In this document: piece after piece, positions 9,419 to 17,962 of the stretch
Layout: every line of letters starts with the position of its first letter
Numbering within the stretch: the first letter of the stretch is position 1
Assembly (NCBI GenBank): GCA_002683215.1
Contig: NYSY01000137.1
Coordinates: forward strand, 2,300-66,299
Direction: 5' to 3'
DNA from: Planctomycetaceae bacterium
GTDB lineage: Bacteria; Planctomycetota; Phycisphaerae; Phycisphaerales; SM1A02
DNA length: 64,000 nt
Notes under the pieces: generated by a model
Told to the model about the DNA's origin: nothing
The model's database searches: none
What the model saw: the letters and a program-made list of their open reading frames with translations, nothing else
Made by a program: the position numbers and the translations under genes

Positions 9419-9688
9419 ATGCGGAACATCGAACGTGCATCGGTCATCATCACGATCGCAGGCCTGACCGCGATCCTCGGGTGCGAGGAATCGGTGGACG
9501 ACGGTTTCGAACCGGCCGTCGGCGGCACGCCGAAATCCACTCTCGGCAAGGCGAAGGGATTCGCGGAAGACACGATCGCGGACATGCAGGAACGCCAGAA
9601 GGCGATCGATCGGCAGGCCGACACCGTGTTCGACGACGCCGCGGCTCGCGAACTCGAGGATTCCGGGGACTTCCCCGACGGCGGTTGA
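9419..9688 (+). CDS. Small acidic lipoprotein, unknown function
   Basis: 89 aa. GGAGG lies 7 nt upstream of the ATG. Lipobox LTAILGC. High GC3. Confidence 0.6.
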   Translation: MRNIERASVIITIAGLTAILGCEESVDDGFEPAVGGTPKSTLGKAKGFAEDTIADMQERQKAIDRQADTVFDDAAARELEDSGDFPDGG

Positions 9689-9715
9689 TCGCGTTCCGAA
9701 AGGGCCGTGCCGACC

Positions 9716-10837
9716 TCAGCCGAGCCGGTCGGGATTCAGGTCGAGCAGGTCGTCGGTGACGAAGAGGCCGTCCTTTCGAATGGTCTCGTCGTCGAATCGA
9801 ATCTCGCCGCCACCGAAATCGGGTCGCTGGATGCAGACGAGGTCCCAGTGGATCTCACTTCGATTTCCATTGTCGGCCTCGTCGTAGGCCTGCCCCGGGG
9901 TGAAGTGGAAGCTGCCCGCGATCTTCTCGTCGAAGAGGATGTCCTTCATCGGATGGAGGATGTGCGGGTGGAAACCGATCGCGAACTCGCCGATGAATCG
10001 AGCGCCCTCGTCCGCGTCGAAGATCTCCTCCAGTCGGTCGCCGCCGACGGTCGCCGAGGATTCGACGATCCGCCCCTTCTCGAAGACCAGTCGCACGTTC
10101 TCGAACGGAACGCCGTGATAGATGGTGGCGGTGTTGTAGGCGACCACGCCCTCGATCGAGTCGCGGACCGGCGCGGTGAAGACCTCGCCGTCGGGAATGT
10201 TCATCTCCCCGCAGCAGGCGACCGCGGGGATCCCCTCGATCGAGAATCGGAGATCGGTGTCGCCCGGTCCGACGATGTGGACACGGTCGGTTCGGTTCAT
10301 GCGATCGACCAGCGCGGTGGCCGCGGTCGACATCCGGCCGTAATCGAGGCAGCACACCTGGAAGTAGAAGTCCTCGAACTCGTCGGTGCTCATGCCGGCG
10401 AGCTGGGCCATCGACGGTGTGGGCCACCGGAGCACGCACCATTTGGTGCGCTTGACTCGTTCCTCGAAGTGGACGGGCTTCTGGTAGTTCCGGCCGAAGA
10501 GGCTCATCGACGCCTCGTCGACCGACGCCATCTCGCTCGCGTTTCCGCCGCCTCGGACGCCGATGTACGCGTCCATCGCCTTCATCCGGTGGGCGTCGAT
10601 GTCCGCCCAGACGTCGATCTGGGCCTCGTCGGCGCCATCGACCAGGGTTCGCAGCACCCGGGTGGATCGCAACGCCGCGTGGGGATGCGCGCCTCGGGCC
10701 CGAGCGGCCTTCACCACCGCGGCGACGAACGCATCCGGGGCGTCGAAGGACTCCACCAGCAGATGCTCGCCGGAGGTGAGTCGCGTGGAGTGGGAGACGA
10801 GGAGTTCCGCCAGTCGGTCGAATCGAGGGTCGTGCAT
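9716..10837 (-). CDS. Aminopeptidase, M29 (PepS/AmpS) family
   Basis: Only the last 373 codons of ORF 9716..11170 look real; the start is moved to MHDPRFDRLAELLV. C-terminal GEFAIGFHPHILHPMKDILFDEKIAGSFHFTPGQAY is typical of M29. Confidence 0.85.
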   Translation of the reverse strand: MHDPRFDRLAELLVSHSTRLTSGEHLLVESFDAPDAFVAAVVKAARARGAHPHAALRSTRVLRTLVDGADEAQIDVWADIDAHRMKAMDAYIGVRGGGNASEMASVDEASMSLFGRNYQKPVHFEERVKRTKWCVLRWPTPSMAQLAGMSTDEFEDFYFQVCCLDYGRMSTAATALVDRMNRTDRVHIVGPGDTDLRFSIEGIPAVACCGEMNIPDGEVFTAPVRDSIEGVVAYNTATIYHGVPFENVRLVFEKGRIVESSATVGGDRLEEIFDADEGARFIGEFAIGFHPHILHPMKDILFDEKIAGSFHFTPGQAYDEADNGNRSEIHWDLVCIQRPDFGGGEIRFDDETIRKDGLFVTDDLLDLNPDRLG

Positions 10838-10905
10838 GGGATCTCTGCTGGTTGAAAGGGGACTTCCCCGTGGGCGGGGGAGAGGACTGCAAGTCCTTCG
10901 ATCGG

Positions 10906-11586
10906 TCAGTGACCGTCGAGGAGTCGAAGGAAATCGGCGGGACGAAGCACATCGAATCGATCGACGACCAGATCCGCGTGGGCGAGTTCCGCGTCGGTCC
11001 GACCGGTGGAGACGATCCCGATCGAGGACATGCCGCCGGCCTGTGCCGCGTCGATCCCCGCACCCGCATCCTCCACCACCACGCATCGGTCCGGGGGGAC
11101 GCCGAGGCGTTTCGCGGCCAGCAGGAAGACCTCGGGGTCTGGTTTTCCCAGGGTCACTTCGCCGCCGCACACCGAGGCGTCGATGAGGTCCGCGATTCCG
11201 AGTCGGTCGACCGCGAGTTCGAGGTTCTCGCGGGGGGCGCTGGTACCGATCGCCACCGCGACGCCCCGTTCACGGAGGCCGGCGATGAGTTCGGGGACGC
11301 CGGGCATCGCCGGGAAGGACCGGTCGAGTTCCGTCCGGAAGTCCGTCTCCTTCGCTTCGGCGACGCGTTCCATCGTTCCGTCATCCGGCTCCGCACGGCC
11401 TTCGTCGGCCCAGAACCGGCGGATGATCGCGGGGTTGGTCCGTCCGAAACTCCACGCGAACATCGCCGGCGTGAGCTCGATGCCGTTCGCGGCACACGCG
11501 GTCCGCCATGCGGCGTGATGCGCGTCGTAGGTATCGATCAGGGTTCCGTCGAGGTCGAAGATCGCGGCGGGGGTGGATTCGGCCAT
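10906..11586 (-). CDS. HAD-IA hydrolase (beta-phosphoglucomutase-like)
   Basis: 226 aa. Motif I FDLDGTLIDT, motif III GKPDPEVF, motif IV VEDAGAGIDAA. Confidence 0.85.
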   Translation of the reverse strand: MAESTPAAIFDLDGTLIDTYDAHHAAWRTACAANGIELTPAMFAWSFGRTNPAIIRRFWADEGRAEPDDGTMERVAEAKETDFRTELDRSFPAMPGVPELIAGLRERGVAVAIGTSAPRENLELAVDRLGIADLIDASVCGGEVTLGKPDPEVFLLAAKRLGVPPDRCVVVEDAGAGIDAAQAGGMSSIGIVSTGRTDAELAHADLVVDRFDVLRPADFLRLLDGH

Positions 11587-11605
11587 GGTGTCCTTCGGTG
11601 GGGCG

Positions 11606-12676
11606 TCAGGACCGGAAGCCTGCCGCGATGTCGCCGATCGTCTCGATCGCCTGATGAATGCCGTCGGCCTCCACGTCGAGGTGGGTCACCATGCGGACCC
11701 GCGTCGGATCGAAGGCGTAGGCGGCCACGCCCGCCTCGGTCATGCGAGTGGCGAAGGCCTCGGCGGTCGCGAGATCCGGGTCGATGTCGAAGAAGACGAT
11801 GTTCGTTCGCACGCCGCCGACCGGCTTCTCGCTTTCGAGCCCGTCCACGGCGTCGACGCCTTCGGCCAGCAGCCGGGCGTGTTCGTGATCGATGGCGAGC
11901 CGGTCGAAGTGATGATCGAGGGCGTGGATCGCGGCGGCGGCGAGCATGCCGGACTGCCGCATGCCGCCACCGAACATCTTGCGGAAGCGACGGGCTCGCA
12001 GGATGAGATCCGCCGGTCCCACCAACGCGCTCCCGACCGGAGCGCCGAGGCCCTTGGAGAAGCAGACGTTGATGGTGTCGGCCGATCGGGTGAACTCGGC
12101 GAGCGTGTATCCGCCGGCGACGCAGGCGTTGAAGAGCCTGGCCCCGTCGACATGCACGTGGAGTCCGCGTTCCCGTCCGACCGCGGCGACGGCGTCGAAT
12201 CCGTCGAGCGTCCACACCGATCCACCCCCCCGGTTGTGGCTGTTCTCGATGGCGATCATGCGGGTCCGCGGATGGTGGACGTCCTGGTGGCGGATCGCGT
12301 CGGCGACCGCCGCGGCGTCGTGGATCCCGCAGACGCCGTCGATGCCTCGGACCATGCAGCCGGAGAGCGCTGCCGGCCCGCCGGTCTCGTAGTGGATGAT
12401 GTGGTTGTCGTGGTGGGCGACGATCTCGTCACCACCTTCGCACACGCTCCGGATCGCCAGCTGGTTGGCCATCGTTCCGGACGGGGTGAAGAGCGCGGCT
12501 TCCTTGCCGAGCATCTCGGCGATGCGTTGCTCGAGGCGGATGACCGTCGGTTCGTCGCCGAGCACGTCGTCCCCGAGCGGGGCGGATCGCATGGCATCCC
12601 ACATCGCCGGGGTCGGGCGGGTGACGGTGTCGCTTCGAAGATCGACTTCGTAGGTGCTTGATCCGTGGCTGCTCAA
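11606..12676 (-). CDS. ltaE: Low-specificity L-threonine aldolase
   Basis: 356 aa. VDLRSDTVTRPTPAMWDAM...GDDVLGDEPT N-terminus and the FSKGLGAPVGS PLP-lysine region. TTG start with GGAGG 6 nt upstream, overlapping the upstream stop (TTGA). Confidence 0.9.
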   Translation of the reverse strand: MSSHGSSTYEVDLRSDTVTRPTPAMWDAMRSAPLGDDVLGDEPTVIRLEQRIAEMLGKEAALFTPSGTMANQLAIRSVCEGGDEIVAHHDNHIIHYETGGPAALSGCMVRGIDGVCGIHDAAAVADAIRHQDVHHPRTRMIAIENSHNRGGGSVWTLDGFDAVAAVGRERGLHVHVDGARLFNACVAGGYTLAEFTRSADTINVCFSKGLGAPVGSALVGPADLILRARRFRKMFGGGMRQSGMLAAAAIHALDHHFDRLAIDHEHARLLAEGVDAVDGLESEKPVGGVRTNIVFFDIDPDLATAEAFATRMTEAGVAAYAFDPTRVRMVTHLDVEADGIHQAIETIGDIAAGFRS

Positions 12677-13650
12677 GGTGTGCCTCCATTCCTTGCGGGA
12701 GGCGTTCGAGCACCGCCACTCGACTCGACCGTCTTTTCGATCGCCTGATCACCTGCGGTGGAGGCGGGGTCGGTTTCAGCGGCGTCGGTCCCGGGGGTGG
12801 TCGAGGTGGGTTTCTCCGACTTCGATTGGGGCGACCTGGCATCGACCACCGACGTGGTGCTGGTGCGGGCGAGGTTGGTCGGATTGGCGGCATCCGAGTC
12901 GTCGAGGGTTCCGCTGACGATCGATGCGGAACGGCCGATCGCGAAGTCGCCGACCAGGGTGACGAAGAGGGCGTCCATCGCCGACTGGACCGGTGGCGAG
13001 ATCCCGACCATGTTCTCGGCGGACAGGGAGCACTCCCCGGCGGACTGCCAGGCCATTCCCCGGCTTGGGGCATCCCAGATCTGCAGGGTGCCCTCCATCG
13101 AGATCCATCCGGTTCGGATGAACGTCAGACCGGCGAAGGTGAATCGACCGGCGTTGTCGGTCGAGACGCCGGTGATCTGGGGGAAGATCAGGTACTTCAC
13201 GCCGAGACCGTCCGCGATCTTCGCGGCGAGCTCCGGATCGGGGTAGTTGGTCGTCTGGTGCGTCTGGACCAGCTTTCGAAGGTCCTCCAGCATGCCGTTG
13301 TCGACGCACCAGTCGGCCACCTCGTAGTGTCGGAGCACGTTGATCGGATCGGATTCGGGGGCCGAGGTGAACGAGAATCGCTGCGGTCGGTAACTCCTCG
13401 CGAGCGCCTGATCGATGGCGATGTCCGCGGCGACGCCCCGGCCCGCGTTGGTGCCGATCATGATCGCGGGAAGCACGGCGCAGCGGGGGGGGTCCGCGGT
13501 GAGCAGTTCGAACCGATCGTCGATCGGCAGATAGGTCTCGGCACGGGTCGTCACGCCGATTTCGACCGACCGGCTTGCGCAGCCTCCCGCAGTGATCGCC
13601 GTGATCACCAGAATGGACTTGCATAGGTTTTTCATGATGAAAAGGAGCAT
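12673..13650 (-). CDS. Lipoprotein with LpoB/FlgO-like (TolB-N-like) body and Ser/Thr/Pro-rich tail
   Basis: Start moved to MLLFIMKNLCKSILVITAITAGGCAS (GGAGGGAG lies 5 nt upstream; AT-rich initiation region). The 221-aa upstream part of ORF 12673..14313 is Arg/Gly/Pro shadow sequence. Confidence 0.75.
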   Translation of the reverse strand: MLLFIMKNLCKSILVITAITAGGCASRSVEIGVTTRAETYLPIDDRFELLTADPPRCAVLPAIMIGTNAGRGVAADIAIDQALARSYRPQRFSFTSAPESDPINVLRHYEVADWCVDNGMLEDLRKLVQTHQTTNYPDPELAAKIADGLGVKYLIFPQITGVSTDNAGRFTFAGLTFIRTGWISMEGTLQIWDAPSRGMAWQSAGECSLSAENMVGISPPVQSAMDALFVTLVGDFAIGRSASIVSGTLDDSDAANPTNLARTSTTSVVDARSPQSKSEKPTSTTPGTDAAETDPASTAGDQAIEKTVESSGGARTPPARNGGTP

Positions 13651-13664
13651 ATACGCTCCCTCCG

Positions 13665-14423
13665 TCACGGGTCCCGGTTCATCGCGTTCGCCTGAGCGCG
13701 GACCGGTATCAGGGTCATGCCGCCCGCGGCTTCGACCCGCAGTTCGTAGGACTCGCCCGGTCGCATCGGCTTGTAGACCGCCTCGCCCTGCGCGACCCGG
13801 ATCCCCGCTTCCTCGGCGGCCTCCGGATCCGAGGCGAGGGTCCAGAATCGTTTCCAGATCGCCTGTTCGAAGCGTGCCTCTTCGGAGCCCGCGTATCCGT
13901 CGGGAACGCCGCCGGGCGTGTCGATCGGAATGCCCTCGCGGGGTGGCATCCGGTCGGAATAGATCCTGCGGAGCAGGACCAGCGTTCGATCCCGGAAGGG
14001 ATCGTCCGCGGACGCCACCGATTCCGCGGGGAACCTCGCGGTCCAGGCATCGACGTAGATCACGTCGCCGGGCACGTCCAGCTCGCGGCGGGCGATTTCC
14101 CGGCCTTCGTCGTCGAGTTCGATGAAAAGGAGGCTCGTCCTCGGGCCTTCTCCACCCAGATCCTCGGATCGTTCGACCACCTCCAACCGGGCGATCCGTC
14201 GGTCGCGTCCCAGCCGGGCGATCGCGGCGTCCCGACGGGCGATTTCGGCCACCATTCGGGTCTCGATCGCCGTGATCTCGGCTCGGAGCCGGCGTTCGCG
14301 GTCCGTGGTCCACCAGGTCAATCCGGCGATCAGCATGCCACCGACGATGACCACGATGACGGTGATCCGGACCAAGGCCCCGATCAGGGCCGATGTGAGG
14401 GGGATGTGCGGGGATGACGCCAT
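13665..14423 (-). CDS. Single-pass membrane-anchored protein, unknown function
   Basis: Start moved to MASSPHIPLTSALIGALVRITVIVVIVGGMLIAGLTWW (TM helix), followed by a coiled-coil-like RRLRAEITAIETRMVAEIARR and then a globular domain. No family recognised. Confidence 0.6.
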   Translation of the reverse strand: MASSPHIPLTSALIGALVRITVIVVIVGGMLIAGLTWWTTDRERRLRAEITAIETRMVAEIARRDAAIARLGRDRRIARLEVVERSEDLGGEGPRTSLLFIELDDEGREIARRELDVPGDVIYVDAWTARFPAESVASADDPFRDRTLVLLRRIYSDRMPPREGIPIDTPGGVPDGYAGSEEARFEQAIWKRFWTLASDPEAAEEAGIRVAQGEAVYKPMRPGESYELRVEAAGGMTLIPVRAQANAMNRDP

Positions 14424-14484
14424 GACCTTTCTTCTATCGGCCGTAAAGCTCCAGTCACCCGCAGAAAGTGCCGATATCGGACGC

Positions 14485-17208
14485 ATGGAATGGTTGTTTT
14501 CCTCGGTGCGTCGAGCGGGCCTCCTCGGCTTCCTGACGCTGCTCGCGATGTCGTCCGCGCCGACGACTGCTGTCGCGTCGCCCGCCGGCGGCTCGGACCC
14601 ACCCGCGGTCACGCGGCGTCTGGTCCACCGTTTCGATTTCGAGGACATCCAGAAGGCCGACTGGTCCCACGTCTTCGAGCAGGCGCACGGGCTTCCGCCC
14701 CAGGACCGCTTCTTCACCGCCAACGTCGACGACCTTCGCCGATCCGACGGCGACTGGAGCCTCCGGATCGACATCCTGGGCGGCTCGGTCTCCTACCGCA
14801 CCCGTCCCGAAGTCGTGCTGCCGGCTTCGGTCGATTCCCGGTTCCACTTCGCGGGCGACGTCCGGACCACCGGACTCGACAACGCCGCGGCCCGCCTTGA
14901 AGTCCGCCTCGTCGACGGCGATCTCCTCGATCGGTCGCACGCCGCGGGCATGCCGGACGCCGTGGAATCGGCGACGATCGAAACCTTCGTCTCCGAACCG
15001 GTCCGCACCGCCGATGCCTGGACGAATCTGGTCGTCGACGTCGACACGTCGAGCCCCGACTGTCGCGCGGTGGGCGAGGATCTTCGATTCGTGGTGGCGA
15101 TGCAGGTCGTGCAGCCCGGATTCGACGAGGAATCGGCGGGCCGTCGCCCCACGGGACGCGAGCCGCGCATCGAGGACGTGAGCGGCACGGTCTGGTTCGA
15201 TGGTCTCGCCATCTGGCAGCTCCCCTGGATCGACTTCGGAACCGTCGGTGATGCCGGAATCGTGCGCCTGCCGGCGCCGGTCGACCTTCGAATCGCGATC
15301 GACGATCCGATCGACCCGGTTCCCGCGGTGACGTTGGAGATCCGCGATCTCGACGACACCCTCGTGGAGCGACGTTCCATCCGAGCGCTTTCGAGCGGTC
15401 GGCCGGTGGTGGCCTCGGTCCGGCCGGATCGGCCGGGCTGGTATCGGGCGAGGCTCGTGGTCGAGGGTGGTGGTGGCGTGGCCACCGAACGAACCTCGAA
15501 GTTCCTCGTCCTTCCGGACGCCCGCGAACGTCGCCGCAACGGTTCCCCGCGGCTCGGGTACGCGATGTCCGACTGGCGGGTGGGTGACCTTTCCAGACTC
15601 GCCGACGTCCTCGACGAACTGGATCCCGGCATCGTCGAGTTCTCGATCTGGCCGGTCGGCAACGACGAGATCGGAAGCACGGACGCGATCAACTCGCTCA
15701 AGTCGACCCTCGCCCGACAACGATCGAACTACCGCGAGCCGGTGCTCGCGATCGACCGGATTCATGGCGGGCTCGCCGATGCGGCGCGGATCGCGCCGAC
15801 CGAGGTTCGAGCCGCGGTGCTCGGCGACGACTCGCTCGTCCGGGATTCCCTCGAGTCCTGGTTCGATCGTTTCGGGACCATCGTCGACCGTTGGCGGATC
15901 CCCGGAAGCGTTCGATCCGGCCGTGAACCCGTGGCGTTTCGCGAACTCATGCAGGTCCTCATCGCCGATCCCGTGCTCTCGGTCGACCGGACGCCCGGGG
16001 GATGGTCACCGCCGTGGGCCGACGAACCCTACTTGCTCGCGACCGACGATCTGTCCGCGTCGGCCATGACGGATCTCTTCGACGATGACGGTGCGATGAC
16101 GGGTTCGGTTCGAATCGCGCCGCCGCCGGATGCGTGGCGTCCACGTGATCGCGTCGATGCGATGGCCCGCCGACTTCTGACCGCGTGGCGGGGCGGCGCG
16201 GGCCAGTTGATCCTGCCGTGGAATGCGAACCGCGGGCCCGATCCCGCGATGCTCGCGTCGACCGGACTGGCACCGGCCATCGCGGGGCGTCGATTCGGCG
16301 GCGTGGTTCCGACGACTTCCACCGCGAACTGCTGGATCGCGACCGACGATCGCACCGCGGAGTTCGTGGTCTGGTCCGACCGAGTGGACCAGGTGGAGGC
16401 CCTGCGACTTCCGGTCGGCGTCGACCGCGTCGAACTGGTCGATCTCGACGGCGTCGTCCGGCCGGTGATGACGACCGGCGGCATGCTCGACCTCGAAGTG
16501 GGATCCACCCCGATCCGGGTGCGCGGGATCTCCCGACTCACCGCGAACTTCATCGCCGGCCTGCAATTCGACACGTCGGGTGTCGACCTTGCCGCCGGTC
16601 CCGGGACCGTCGAACTGATCGTCGAGAATCCCGGAGACGTCGCGATGGAAGGGCGTCTCACCATCGAGGCGCCACGTGGTTGGTCGATCGAGCCACGCGA
16701 GCCGAGAATCCGCGCCGCGGCGGGCGGATCAGCCCGGATACCGCTGGAGATCCGTTGGACGACTCCGCCGGTTCCCGGTGAGATCCGACTTCCGATCCGC
16801 ATCGCGGTGGAATCCGAGGAACGGATCGGCGTCGAGGTCGAGGTGCCGCTCCGGATTCGGAACGACGTGCTGGAGATCCGGACCGACTGGGCGCTGACGA
16901 CTTCGGCGGTGGATGGGCGCCAGGGCGTCGTGGTCAGTGCGGAGGTGATCAACCACGGCGACCGCCCGCTCGACCTGCAGCTCGAGGCGGTGGCGTGGCA
17001 TACCGGTCGGGAACGTCGTCCGATCTCCTCGCTGGGGCCCGGCGAACGCGCGGTCCGACGGTTCCATTTCAAGCGAAGTCTCGAACGACTGGCGGGAACC
17101 GACATCCGCGTCGTGATCACGGAGATCGGTGGGCCACTCGGCGTGACGACGTTGATTCCGGTCAGTGGCGGCAGCCGGGGGCTCGACACCGCACTGGTGG
17201 ACGAATGA
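14485..17208 (+). CDS. Large secreted multi-domain protein (CBM-like jelly roll, TIM-barrel-like middle, Ig/NEW3-like C-terminal repeats), unknown function
   Basis: Start moved to MEWLFSSVRRAGLLGFLTLLAMSSAPTTAVASP (signal peptide) within ORF 14122..17208. C-terminal NPGDVAMEGRLTIEAPRGWSIEP and VINHGDRPLDLQLEA resemble CARDB/NEW3-type Ig repeats. Confidence 0.7.
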   Translation: MEWLFSSVRRAGLLGFLTLLAMSSAPTTAVASPAGGSDPPAVTRRLVHRFDFEDIQKADWSHVFEQAHGLPPQDRFFTANVDDLRRSDGDWSLRIDILGGSVSYRTRPEVVLPASVDSRFHFAGDVRTTGLDNAAARLEVRLVDGDLLDRSHAAGMPDAVESATIETFVSEPVRTADAWTNLVVDVDTSSPDCRAVGEDLRFVVAMQVVQPGFDEESAGRRPTGREPRIEDVSGTVWFDGLAIWQLPWIDFGTVGDAGIVRLPAPVDLRIAIDDPIDPVPAVTLEIRDLDDTLVERRSIRALSSGRPVVASVRPDRPGWYRARLVVEGGGGVATERTSKFLVLPDARERRRNGSPRLGYAMSDWRVGDLSRLADVLDELDPGIVEFSIWPVGNDEIGSTDAINSLKSTLARQRSNYREPVLAIDRIHGGLADAARIAPTEVRAAVLGDDSLVRDSLESWFDRFGTIVDRWRIPGSVRSGREPVAFRELMQVLIADPVLSVDRTPGGWSPPWADEPYLLATDDLSASAMTDLFDDDGAMTGSVRIAPPPDAWRPRDRVDAMARRLLTAWRGGAGQLILPWNANRGPDPAMLASTGLAPAIAGRRFGGVVPTTSTANCWIATDDRTAEFVVWSDRVDQVEALRLPVGVDRVELVDLDGVVRPVMTTGGMLDLEVGSTPIRVRGISRLTANFIAGLQFDTSGVDLAAGPGTVELIVENPGDVAMEGRLTIEAPRGWSIEPREPRIRAAAGGSARIPLEIRWTTPPVPGEIRLPIRIAVESEERIGVEVEVPLRIRNDVLEIRTDWALTTSAVDGRQGVVVSAEVINHGDRPLDLQLEAVAWHTGRERRPISSLGPGERAVRRFHFKRSLERLAGTDIRVVITEIGGPLGVTTLIPVSGGSRGLDTALVDE

Positions 17209-17264
17209 ACTTGCCGTCGCCGCTTCAAGATCGATTCGAGCGCACGGGCCGCGATGAAGCGTCC

Positions 17265-17930
17265 TCAGCTTCCCACCCGCAGGACGTCCCGTCCGCCGGG
17301 AACCCGCCCCGCGATCGATGCCGCGGTGATCGATCGGATCACCCAGTCACCGTCGCGCCGTTCCCACTCGAAGATCCAGCGGGAGGGTACGTATCCGAGA
17401 CTGGAACTGGTCCGGGTGAGACAGGCGAGTTCGACCACCGCCGCCCCGCCGCCGGTGGTCACCGCATCGAGCAGGGTGATGGAGTTGCGTTCGATCCGGT
17501 GGACGCCACCGAGGGCGTCCAGCATCGATCGCAGGTCTTCGACCGGAAAGCCGGGATTCTCGATTCTGCCCGGATGCAGGGTCGCCTCCGGATCCAGTCG
17601 AGCGACGAGGAGGTCGACGCGGCCGGACTCGGCATCCTCGACGAATCGTCGCGTCGCCGACGCGGCGGCCTCCGCGGGCGTCTCCACCACGAGGCCGACG
17701 CCGAGCGCGAGCAGGGCGAGTCCCGCGAGGATGCCGGCCACCAGCAGCGGCCGTCGGTCGTCGCGCTGGATCGCGATCCAGCCGATCGTCGCCGCGATCA
17801 GCAGCGTGACGATCGAGAAGGGCCATGGATTCTCGAGGATCCACTGGGAGAAGAGACTGTCGCGGACGTCGTCGGGCACGATGGCATTCCCGTGATTCAA
17901 AGGGGGTCGGACCGGACCGCTCCGAGCCAA
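17265..17930 (-). CDS. Two-TM membrane protein with NTF2/SnoaL-like C-terminal domain
   Basis: 221-aa ORF (TTG start; an in-frame GTG at 17879 is an alternative). TM segments WPFSIVTLLIAATIGWIAI and LLVAGILAGLALLALGVGLVV. C-terminus WIFEWERRDGDWVI is typical of NTF2-like folds. Confidence 0.6.
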   Translation of the reverse strand: MARSGPVRPPLNHGNAIVPDDVRDSLFSQWILENPWPFSIVTLLIAATIGWIAIQRDDRRPLLVAGILAGLALLALGVGLVVETPAEAAASATRRFVEDAESGRVDLLVARLDPEATLHPGRIENPGFPVEDLRSMLDALGGVHRIERNSITLLDAVTTGGGAAVVELACLTRTSSSLGYVPSRWIFEWERRDGDWVIRSITAASIAGRVPGGRDVLRVGS

Positions 17931-17962
17931 GCGTATCCGCTCGACCGGAGGTCGCGACGATC

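Noticed and set aside
12673-14484. Long N-terminal extensions in ORFs 12673..14313 (546 aa), 13665..14774 (369 aa) and 14122..17208 (1028 aa)
   Set aside because: The extensions are Arg/Pro/Gly/Ser-rich and mutually overlapping. Internal Met codons followed by lipobox, TM or signal sequences (and an SD for the lipoprotein) give non-overlapping, sensible genes.
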